A stretch of DNA of 32,000 nucleotides, taken from positions 2,052,675 to 2,084,674 of the forward strand of contig OZ255726.1 in the NCBI GenBank assembly GCA_965277405.1. Reading direction: 5' to 3'. Positions within the stretch are counted from its first letter, which is position 1, and the number at the start of each line of letters is the position of its first letter. Source of the stretch: Gammaproteobacteria bacterium (GTDB lineage Bacteria; Pseudomonadota; Gammaproteobacteria; G965277405). A model generated the notes under the pieces. It saw only the letters and a list, made by a program, of their open reading frames with translations, did no database searches and was not told where the DNA came from. The position numbers and the translations under genes are program-made. Positions 1 through 8,155 of this stretch are shown here, piece by piece.

Positions 1-76
1 CGGTTTGTGCCTGCGGAATGCGCCTTGCAATTGCAGGTAAATTCGCTCACTCAGCGAGTTAGTCAGATGTTGCTTG
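1..76 (+). repeat. Right-hand remnant of the dispersed MITE-like element (copy D), cut by the window edge
   Basis: tgcgccttgcaattgcaggtaaattcgctcactcagcgagttagtcagatgttgc aligns with the right end of copy A (tgcgccttgcaatcatcagcaattgccaac...ctatcagcgagttaatcagaggttcc). Confidence 0.6.
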
Positions 77-218
77 GGGAACATATAAGATAATTTAAAC
101 GAAATTCAATACCTTACATATCTTACATACATTACAATAGCAAAAGTAGTGTACGTATTAACTGCCTGTAGCTGTGTACACGCTTTAACAATAAGCAGCA
201 ACACAGCGATAAGTTCAT

Positions 219-268
219 AAAAAAAGCCCCCTTACGCCGAGGGTAAACCTAGACGATGCGAGGGCTTT
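219..268 (-). terminator. Rho-independent-like terminator of the candidate tracrRNA
   Basis: Minus strand AAAGCCC...GGGCTTT TTTT, stem plus T-run. Confidence 0.6.
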
Positions 269-347
269 AGGACGCATTTAAGCGGAGCCTGCGAAAAGAA
301 TTTCATTGGTATGAAAAGCTAAGCCAAACTGTAGTCGGTTAAACTAT
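219..347 (-). ncRNA. Candidate tracrRNA (type II-C)
   Basis: Anti-repeat AAACTGTAGTCGGTTAAACT at 326-345 matches 19/20 of the reverse-complemented CRISPR repeat. Minus-strand reading gives the anti-repeat first, then a TTTCAT-ACCA-ATGAAA hairpin (301-316), then AAAGCCC (262-268) pairing with GGGCTTT (223-229), followed by a T7 run (219-225 as A on +). Possible -35 TTGTGT (378-383) and -10 TATGAT (354-359) with 18-bp spacing. Confidence 0.72.
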
Positions 348-388
348 CGGATTATCATACCACAACATTCATTTTTTACACAAAAGAT

Positions 389-3300
389 ATGAAAAAAATA
401 CTTGGTATAGATGTAGGAAGCAATTCTATTGGTTGGGGCTTAATTACAGCAAGTGACAGTGGCTTGTGTAGCGATGTTGTAGCCTTAGGATCCCGTATAT
501 TCATGAAAGCTATTCAGGACGACAGTACCAAACCTAAAAACGTCCAGCGCCGTACAAGTCGTTTGTTACGCAGGGTTTTAGAAAGGCGCGCTAGGCGCAA
601 AAGAAATTTGGCAAACTATTTAATATCGCAAAATTTACTCCCAGCTGCACTCAGCGACAATTTTCACCAAGAAGGCTTATTAAATAGTTTAGGAGACCCA
701 TATGAACTACGTGCTAAAGCCTTAGACGACCAGCTTAAACCCTATGAATTAGGTCGTGTTTTGCTGCACTTTGTAGCGCGTAGAGGCTTTTTAAGTTCAC
801 GTAAAAGCTTACTCGGAGACTTGGTAGACGACCCTGACATGCAAGCTTATTTAAACGAAGTAGCAGAGGAAAGCGCCCAGGGTAACAGCCAAACAGAAAA
901 AGAGGAAAAGCAGTTTTTACTAGAAATAAGCATTTTACGCAACAAAATTATACTTTCTGGCAAGCGCAGCCTAGGTGAATATTTGTTTGCTTTAGTCAAT
1001 AGTAACAAAAGAAACAGGAAGCATGCCTTTGAGATTATTCGTACTGATAGAGCCATGTATCATGAAGAGTTTACCCAAATATGGCAACAGCAAACAACCT
1101 TTTTTGCGCACTTACCCAACAGCTTTATTGAAAAGGTTGAAAAAATTATTTTTTACCAAAGACCCCTTAAATTAAAAAAAAACCGCATAGGAAAATGCTC
1201 GTTAGAAAGGAATAAATACCGTGCAAAACAAGCCACTTTACAAGCGCAGCAGTTTCGATACTTACAAGACATTAACAACCTTATCATTTATCAAGGTAAT
1301 GCTGCCGACCGCCCACTTACTCATGAGGAAAAAGAAAAACTTTATAAAATTTTAGAACAACAAAAAAAAATCACTTACGCCGTTATTAAAAAAAAATTAG
1401 GGTTACCTAGAACAATCACTTTTAATCTGCAAGCAAGTAAGAAAGAACTTCAAGGCAATGAGACTGCTTGCAATATTCGCTCTGTTATCGGTGAAGTCTG
1501 GGACAATATGGAAGATTTAGAACAAGAAAAATTGGTGGAAGACTTGCTGACCATGAAGAAGAAGTCTGCGTTAAAAAGACGTCTGATAAACTACTGGGGG
1601 TTTAGCGTAGACGCAGCCATACAACTTTGTTTGCTCGAATTTACTGCAGGTCATAGTAACTTATCACTTAAAGCTCTTAATAAATTATTACCTCATCTAT
1701 ATGAAGGGAATATGTATAGCGATGCAAGAATAAAAGCTGATTATGAGGTTACCCAAGAGTCAAAAAACTTAGACCGTCTCGGCAGCCCGCCTGTAACTTG
1801 TAACCCCATTGTCAATAAAGGATTGCACGAATTACGGCGCTTAGTTAACGCAATTATCGCCCAGTACGGCAAGCCTGATATTATTCGTGTGGAAATGGCT
1901 AGAGACTTAGAGCAAAATACTAAGCGCTACAAAGCAGCAGAAAAAACACGTAAGGCGAATGAAACACGTAATGAAAAAGCAGCAACGCAGTTTGCATCTT
2001 TAATGGGTCCGCACCATAGCAAAAAACCCTCGCTAAATGACAAAATTAAATATCGACTATGGCAAGATCAAAACAAACTTTGCGCCTATAGTTGCCAAAC
2101 CATTGCTGCTACGCAAGTATTTAGTCTAGATACCGAAATAGACCATATTTTGCCGCGGAGCAAATCCTTAGATAATTCTTATCCTAATAAAGTTATTTGT
2201 TTTAGTCAGGAAAATCAGAAAAAACACGATACAACGCCCTTCATGGCTTGGGGAGGTGACACTGACAAGTGGCGCAATATGCTACAGGCAGCAAATACAT
2301 GGAAGATTAAAAAGAAGCTTAGAGACAATAAGCTACAGCGTTTTAAAATCACTGCAGAAGAGTTAAAGGAAATAGCACGTGGCGCTGTTACTACGCAGCT
2401 CAACGATACCCGCTATATTGCACGCGAAGCCTTAAGTTATCTAGCTACATTAGGTTGCGATACGCATGCTGTAAAAGGTCACACTACTGCATGGCTACGG
2501 GGTAGACTGGGCTTTAATTTCTTACTTAATGTTGATGATACAAAAAATCGTGAAGATCACCGGCATCATGCCGTTGATGCTGTCGTAATCGCTGCCACAT
2601 CGCGCCAGCTATATCAAAAAATTGTCGATGCAATAAAACAACAACAACAACATGGTTACAAAGCACCATTGATATTAGATGACTATGCCCACATTCGCCA
2701 ACGCTTGCTCGTGCTGTTACAACACGTTACTGTATCTTATATACCACAATACCAGCTAACAGGCGCGCTGCACGAAAGCAGAGGGCTTGGGTTTATCACT
2801 GTAAAGGAAGACAATACTGAAATTACGGGAACAGTTAATAGAACGGCTGTAGATAAAAAATTGAATAGTAAGCGTGCTTTAAAAATTATTGATAAACAGG
2901 TGCGTGAACTAATTTTAGCACAGCTAACAGCACATAATAACAATCCCAAAGAAGCATTTATAGACAATAACTACCCTTTGCACAAAGATGGTAAAACCCC
3001 CATTAAGCGGGTGCGTATATGGAAGACAAAGATATCAACAGAAAAACTCCATGCTACCAAATTAGCCATACATGACCAAGCGGGCAAGGTATTCAAATGG
3101 TGTCTTTTTGGCAACACCCACCATGTAGAAGTCATTAAAGAAAAAGCAACGGGGAAAATTGCAAGTAAATTTATTACGATGTACGCAGCCAGTTGTCGTT
3201 TAAAGGGTATTGGGGTAGCGCAATCTGCTGCGGTGATAACCAATCATGGGCAAGAGTATGAATTTATTATGGCGCTGCATATCAACGACACGGTAAGTTT

Positions 3301-3523
3301 GCGCATCACAGGCAATGACGAACGCGTGTTGTATAGGGTGCAGAAGTTCAGTTTGGATACGAACACTCTTTTCTTGTGTTTAAACGTGGCGGCAACTTTA
3401 CACCATAAAAATCAACAGCTTAGCATGAACATCAACACCGCTAATTTTGAAAAATACCAACCTATGTTACATAAGGTCAATGCTATAGGTCAAGTTGTGC
3501 GTGTTATTGCCAGTTATCCTTAA
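389..3523 (+). CDS. cas9: CRISPR-associated endonuclease Cas9, type II-C
   Basis: 1044 aa. RuvC-I KKILGIDVGSNSIGWGLI, arginine-rich bridge helix RRTSRLLRRVLERRARRKR, RuvC-II DIIRVEMARDL, HNH EIDHILPRSKSLDNSYPNKVICFSQENQKK, RuvC-III HHAVDAVVIAAT. Followed directly by cas1 and cas2. Confidence 0.97.
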   Translation: MKKILGIDVGSNSIGWGLITASDSGLCSDVVALGSRIFMKAIQDDSTKPKNVQRRTSRLLRRVLERRARRKRNLANYLISQNLLPAALSDNFHQEGLLNSLGDPYELRAKALDDQLKPYELGRVLLHFVARRGFLSSRKSLLGDLVDDPDMQAYLNEVAEESAQGNSQTEKEEKQFLLEISILRNKIILSGKRSLGEYLFALVNSNKRNRKHAFEIIRTDRAMYHEEFTQIWQQQTTFFAHLPNSFIEKVEKIIFYQRPLKLKKNRIGKCSLERNKYRAKQATLQAQQFRYLQDINNLIIYQGNAADRPLTHEEKEKLYKILEQQKKITYAVIKKKLGLPRTITFNLQASKKELQGNETACNIRSVIGEVWDNMEDLEQEKLVEDLLTMKKKSALKRRLINYWGFSVDAAIQLCLLEFTAGHSNLSLKALNKLLPHLYEGNMYSDARIKADYEVTQESKNLDRLGSPPVTCNPIVNKGLHELRRLVNAIIAQYGKPDIIRVEMARDLEQNTKRYKAAEKTRKANETRNEKAATQFASLMGPHHSKKPSLNDKIKYRLWQDQNKLCAYSCQTIAATQVFSLDTEIDHILPRSKSLDNSYPNKVICFSQENQKKHDTTPFMAWGGDTDKWRNMLQAANTWKIKKKLRDNKLQRFKITAEELKEIARGAVTTQLNDTRYIAREALSYLATLGCDTHAVKGHTTAWLRGRLGFNFLLNVDDTKNREDHRHHAVDAVVIAATSRQLYQKIVDAIKQQQQHGYKAPLILDDYAHIRQRLLVLLQHVTVSYIPQYQLTGALHESRGLGFITVKEDNTEITGTVNRTAVDKKLNSKRALKIIDKQVRELILAQLTAHNNNPKEAFIDNNYPLHKDGKTPIKRVRIWKTKISTEKLHATKLAIHDQAGKVFKWCLFGNTHHVEVIKEKATGKIASKFITMYAASCRLKGIGVAQSAAVITNHGQEYEFIMALHINDTVSLRITGNDERVLYRVQKFSLDTNTLFLCLNVAATLHHKNQQLSMNINTANFEKYQPMLHKVNAIGQVVRVIASYP

Positions 3524-3547
3524 ATTTTGCTAGCTGTACAAAAAATA

Positions 3548-4441
3548 ATGATTAAACGCATTATTGATATTGGGCAAGCAAGTTACTTGCATATTCAGCA
3601 TCAACAACTATGCATTGAACAAGCAGGTAAACAAGTAGGGCGTATTCCCATAGAAGATATAGCTATTATTATTATTCACGATACTGCTAGCTACTATACT
3701 CATGCCTTGTTTATCGAGCTATTAAGACATAATGTTGCAGTAGTGTTTTGCGACCGCCATCATCTACCCTTGGGACAACTAGCCCCTATAGCATCTCATA
3801 GTTTGCATACCAAAATCATTCACGAGCAAATACAAGTTAAAAAATCCACTAAAAAACGCCTGTGGAAGCTGATAGTCCAAGCAAAAATTCGTGAACAAGC
3901 CACCACTTTGAGGTTGACAGGCAAGGATGCACAAAAAATAAGCGCCCTTGTTGACCAAGTAAAAAGTGGAGATAGTGCTAATGTAGAAGCCAATGCTGCG
4001 CGTTGCTATTTTAATGAATTATTTGGCAACGCCTTTAGACGCGACAGGCAACAAGCTGGCATAAATGCTCTGTTAAATTATGGGTATAGTGTAGTGCGTG
4101 CAATGTTTGCGAGGGCTATTGTTGCCACGGGCTTACACCCCACTTTTGGCATCCAGCATTCTAACCAATACAATCACCTATGTTTAGCAGATGACTTAAT
4201 GGAGCCATTTCGCCCTTGGGTGGATGAAGCGGTGTATGCGCTGACACATAAAAACGAGGTTATATCCGTTGACAAAGCAAGCAAAACGACGGTACTTAAT
4301 CTGTTGAGTAACAATGTAGTATGGACGAAGAAACACCAACCTTTTATGGTTGTGAGCCATTATTTAGCGGCAAACCTCAAACAAGCTTTAGTAACGAACC
4401 AGCCTGTTTTTAGCATTCCACAAAGAGTTGACAAACAATGA
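3548..4441 (+). CDS. cas1: CRISPR-associated endonuclease Cas1, type II
   Basis: ORF continues from TTG 3527; ATG at 3548 (MIKRIIDIGQASYLHI...). Cas1-like EANAARCYF and HPTFGIQHSNQYNHLCLADDLMEPFRPWVD motifs. Confidence 0.95.
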   Translation: MIKRIIDIGQASYLHIQHQQLCIEQAGKQVGRIPIEDIAIIIIHDTASYYTHALFIELLRHNVAVVFCDRHHLPLGQLAPIASHSLHTKIIHEQIQVKKSTKKRLWKLIVQAKIREQATTLRLTGKDAQKISALVDQVKSGDSANVEANAARCYFNELFGNAFRRDRQQAGINALLNYGYSVVRAMFARAIVATGLHPTFGIQHSNQYNHLCLADDLMEPFRPWVDEAVYALTHKNEVISVDKASKTTVLNLLSNNVVWTKKHQPFMVVSHYLAANLKQALVTNQPVFSIPQRVDKQ

Positions 4442-4797
4442 GCAGCAGGGATTGTACTTACAATAAAGTTATATTTGGCGGACTTAAAACCATGTGGATA
4501 ATTGTGCTATTTGACTTGCCTACAGTAAGTAAAACAGAACGCAGAGCCTATACTGTTTTTCGTAAGCATTTACTCAATGACGGTTTTAATATGATGCAGT
4601 TTTCCGTGTACATGCGTCATTGTGCTAGCGAAGCAAACGCGCAGGTGCACGAGACGCGCATACAAGCAGCCTTACCGAGCTTAGGAGAGGTAAGGGTCAT
4701 AAAAATAACCGATAAGCAATTTGGTAAAATTCAAGTTTTTTATGGTAAAAAACGCAAAAAAACCGAAATTCCGCCATTACAAATGGATCTTTTTTAA
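4438..4797 (+). CDS. cas2: CRISPR-associated endoribonuclease Cas2
   Basis: MWIIVLFDLPTVSKTERRAYTVFRKHLLNDGFNMMQFSVYMRHC, ATGA overlap with the cas1 stop, last gene before the array. Confidence 0.93.
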   Translation: MSSRDCTYNKVIFGGLKTMWIIVLFDLPTVSKTERRAYTVFRKHLLNDGFNMMQFSVYMRHCASEANAQVHETRIQAALPSLGEVRVIKITDKQFGKIQVFYGKKRKKTEIPPLQMDLF

Positions 4798-4847
4798 ATG
4801 CCACTTAGGCATACAACCCTTACCAACCAAGTAGTTTCCCACTTTGT

Positions 4848-6126
4848 ACTTTAACCGACTACAGTTTAACCACAATTCACAACAATCCGCACGACCATCT
4901 GCGAGACAACCATACTTTAACCGACTACAGTTTAACCACAATTCACAACTCTCATTGTTCAAACGGCAGGGCATTGTTAACTTTAACCGACTACAGTTTA
5001 ACCACAATTCACAACAAAGAGAGTTAATGAATAGCTACATGGAAGACTTTAACCGACTACAGTTTAACCACAATTCACAACCGGTCACGTTGTCGTGACG
5101 GCAATGTATTTACTTTAACCGACTACAGTTTAACCACAATTCACAACGACGAATGATGATACTCGCTACTGTACCAACTTTAACCGACTACAGTTTAACC
5201 ACAATTCACAACACCTAGGACTGTTGCGATTTAGGTAATCAACTTTAACCGACTACAGTTTAACCACAATTCACAACTGGTTTCGGCACGTTAAAAAAAT
5301 AGCAGACACTTTAACCGACTACAGTTTAACCACAATTCACAACCGAAAGCTACGGACGACGAAATAAGCTTGGACTTTAACCGACTACAGTTTAACCACA
5401 ATTCACAACACTCCGAATGCAATCATCAATACCGCATTTACTTTAACCGACTACAGTTTAACCACAATTCACAACAGAAATCGGCTAAATCCGACTAAAT
5501 CGTCTACTTTAACCGACTACAGTTTAACCACAATTCACAACAACAATATGAGCGTGATAATTGCGTTTCAACTTTAACCGACTACAGTTTAACCATAATT
5601 CACAACAAAAGCTAAAGGGGATATCTGCTTTGAAGGACTTTAACCGACTACAGTTTAACCACAACAATGGCTGTGTTATTGAACCTGCGGCTATACTTTA
5701 ACCGACTACAGTTTAACCACAATTCACAACAACTGACCATAGCTTGTTACGATTTAGCAAACTTTAACCGACTACAGTTTAACCACAATTCACAACAATT
5801 TGACCGCTGTCATAAACTTTAGAATAACATTAACCGACTACAGTTTAACCACAATTCACAACAATTTAACCGCTGTCATAAACTTTAGAATAACTTTAAC
5901 CAACTACAGTTTAACCACAATTCACAACAACCGACCATAGCTTGTTACGATTTAGCAAACTTTAACCGACTACAGTTTAACCACAATTCACAACAATTTA
6001 ACCGCTGTCATAAACTTTAGAATAATTTTAACCGACTACAGTTTAACCACAATTCACAACAAATACAAGTTGCCAAACTTACTGATGCAAACTTTAACCG
6101 ACTACAGTTTAACCACAATTCACAAC
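4848..6126. CRISPR. CRISPR array, 20 repeats / 19 spacers, consensus ACTTTAACCGACTACAGTTTAACCACAATTCACAAC (36 bp), spacers 29-30 bp
   Basis: Repeats at 4848, 4914, 4980, 5046, 5112, 5177, 5242, 5308, 5374, 5440, 5506, 5571, 5637 (29-bp deleted form), 5695, 5761, 5827, 5893, 5959, 6025 and 6091. crRNA strand probably minus (GTTGTGAATTGTGG...), from family resemblance and the tracrRNA orientation. Confidence 0.98.
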
Positions 6127-6174
6127 AGTTGTGAGAATCGTGATAAAAAGGCTGGGGTGTTACCCTCTTGACAA

Positions 6175-6443
6175 AAATGCTCTAATACAGTGAGTTGGTT
6201 GGCAATTGTTAATGGTAGATGATGGTACGGTGCGAGCCAAAGCATGCCTGCCACGGATGCAACATAGCAAGTGAGGGCAATTACTGCAATCTGCAAGTAT
6301 ATTGAACACAGGGATGGAAAAAAAGCTGCGCTAACGTCGTTGCAGCACTTGATAATACCACCAAGTATTATTTGCGCACTGCGGCTAGTTATCATCAGCG
6401 TTTTTTCTCCGTCTCGCCCATCATGGACTTAATCAGAGATTCC
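6175..6443 (-). repeat. MITE-like dispersed element, copy C
   Basis: Reverse complement begins GGAATCTCTGATTAAGTCCATGATGGGCGAGACGGAGAAAAAACGCTGATGATAACTAG, matching copies A and B; the distal half is more diverged and that boundary is approximate. Confidence 0.8.
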
Positions 6444-6685
6444 TTGTAGGGTTATATTATACACTAGTCTTGACCACCCACGGGTGAGCAGATTGGTGTT
6501 ATGCAGGATAAACGCGGTCAAAGTCCAGCAATCGACAGCAACACCCAAATTGACAAAACCAAGCCCTAAAATTAGAAATATCAGCCATTTAGTGGCAATT
6601 TATCATTCACTAGCTAGTATTGACCCTGACGATATGACTTTTTTTTATGTCATTCTTATACGTTAAAGCGATTGTCGGGGGGTCA

Positions 6686-8155
6686 ATGCGTCGCACTATA
6701 TGTTTCGTCCATAAGGGGCAGATAAGAGAGTTGGTACCGAGAGAACCAACACAAACTGTCCTGAATTTTCTGCGGTATGAAGACGCCTTGACTGGTACGA
6801 AGGAAGGCTGCGCTGAAGGAGATTGTGGTGCATGCACCGTTGTCCTTGGCGACCTTGAGCTAGACGGCTCAATTCGCTATCTGGCCGTCAATTCCTGCAT
6901 TCAGTTTTTACCAATGCTGGATGGTCGAGAGTTGATTACCGCAGAAGACCTGAAATTAGCAGACGGCTCTTTGCATCCAATCCAACAAGCAATGGTTGAC
7001 CACAACGCCACCCAATGCGGCTTCTGCACCCCAGGATTTGTCATGTCTCTGTTTGCTGAAAAGCACGGCAGCAATTCTGCTGATACTTGGGACGTCAATA
7101 ATGTACTTGCGGGGAATCTGTGCCGCTGTACTGGGTATGGGACCATTATTGCGGCTGCAAAGAGCGCAGCTGCAAGCCACGCTGACGATCAATTTGATGG
7201 GACAATGGAGACCAGAGCCGGCATGCTGAAATCTCTTCAGCAAAATCCCCCCCTTGCTCTGCAGGCAAAAGGTAACCGCTATTTCGCTCCCACATCAATA
7301 GCTGAGCTTGCCGATTTGCTGGCAACCTATCCGCAGGCCATCCTCCTTGCTGGTGCGACGGATATCGGGCTGTGGGTGACTAAGCAGCATCGTCAACTCG
7401 ATACACTCATTTATCTCGGGCGGATACAAACACTCAAAGCAATGGTACTGGATGAAAACTCGATCTCGATTGGCGCGGGCGTCACGTATGCAGAAGCTTG
7501 GAAAACACTGGGGTCAGAGTATGCGGATCTGCATGAACTAATCCGCCGCATTGGCTCTACACAGATCCGCAATTCCGCAACCATTTGCGGTAATATTGCC
7601 AACGGATCGCCGATCGGAGATATGCCGCCAGCGCTGATCGCGCTTGACGCCACGGTGACCCTAACGAGCAAACGAGGTAGTCGTAGCATCGCGCTTGAAA
7701 AATTCTTCATCGGCTATAATACGCAAGATTTGCAGCCGGGGGAGTTTGTAGAAAAAGTATCTATACCAAGACCATCGGCTACTAAGCAGTTCAGGGCCTA
7801 CAAAATATCTAAAAGGTTTGACCAGGATATTTCAGCTTTGTGTGCCGCTTTTAATCTCACATTGGCAGGGATAACGGTCAAAGACATCCGCATATGTTAT
7901 GGGGGCATGGCTGGTACGCCCTTGCGCGCTCAACAAACCGAAGCTGCCGTCATCGGCAAAGACTGGGTGCGCGCAACCATTGATACGGCCTTGCAGGCTA
8001 TGAGCAAAGATTATCAACCGCTCAGCGATATGCGGGCGAGTGATCGGTACCGGATGGCGGTGGCACAAAATCTGTTGTTGAAATTTTTTATTGAGACAAC
8101 AGATCGGCACACGGCAACCCGTCTGCTCGGCGATATGGAGCGCGCCCATGCGTAA
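6686..8155 (+). CDS. xdhA: Xanthine dehydrogenase small subunit (2x[2Fe-2S] + FAD)
   Basis: CAEGDCGACTVV and CGFCTPGFVMS...NLCRCTGYGTI iron-sulfur motifs; FAD-binding region ATDIGLWVTK. ATG 6686 preceded by a G-rich RBS. Confidence 0.93.
   Translation: MRRTICFVHKGQIRELVPREPTQTVLNFLRYEDALTGTKEGCAEGDCGACTVVLGDLELDGSIRYLAVNSCIQFLPMLDGRELITAEDLKLADGSLHPIQQAMVDHNATQCGFCTPGFVMSLFAEKHGSNSADTWDVNNVLAGNLCRCTGYGTIIAAAKSAAASHADDQFDGTMETRAGMLKSLQQNPPLALQAKGNRYFAPTSIAELADLLATYPQAILLAGATDIGLWVTKQHRQLDTLIYLGRIQTLKAMVLDENSISIGAGVTYAEAWKTLGSEYADLHELIRRIGSTQIRNSATICGNIANGSPIGDMPPALIALDATVTLTSKRGSRSIALEKFFIGYNTQDLQPGEFVEKVSIPRPSATKQFRAYKISKRFDQDISALCAAFNLTLAGITVKDIRICYGGMAGTPLRAQQTEAAVIGKDWVRATIDTALQAMSKDYQPLSDMRASDRYRMAVAQNLLLKFFIETTDRHTATRLLGDMERAHA

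Noticed and set aside
326-388. Plus-strand tracrRNA reading of the anti-repeat
   Set aside because: Anti-repeat would work geometrically, but only ~43 nt remain before the cas9 ATG with no terminator; the minus-strand alternative has promoter-like and terminator elements.
847-3243. Minus-strand ORFs inside cas9
   Set aside because: Overlap a strongly supported coding gene; no recognisable motifs.
4777-5098. ORFs in the supplied track (76 and 84 aa) with repeated peptides such as YFNRLQFNHNSQ and ELWLNCSRLK
   Set aside because: They are translations of the CRISPR repeats and spacers, not genes.
6167-6188. TTGACA...TAATAC as a promoter at the array's distal end
   Set aside because: Spacing between boxes is about 9 bp, too short for a sigma70 promoter.
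6120-6395. 91-aa minus-strand ORF next to the array
   Set aside because: Lies within MITE-like copy C; only the first ~12 codons are shared with other copies.
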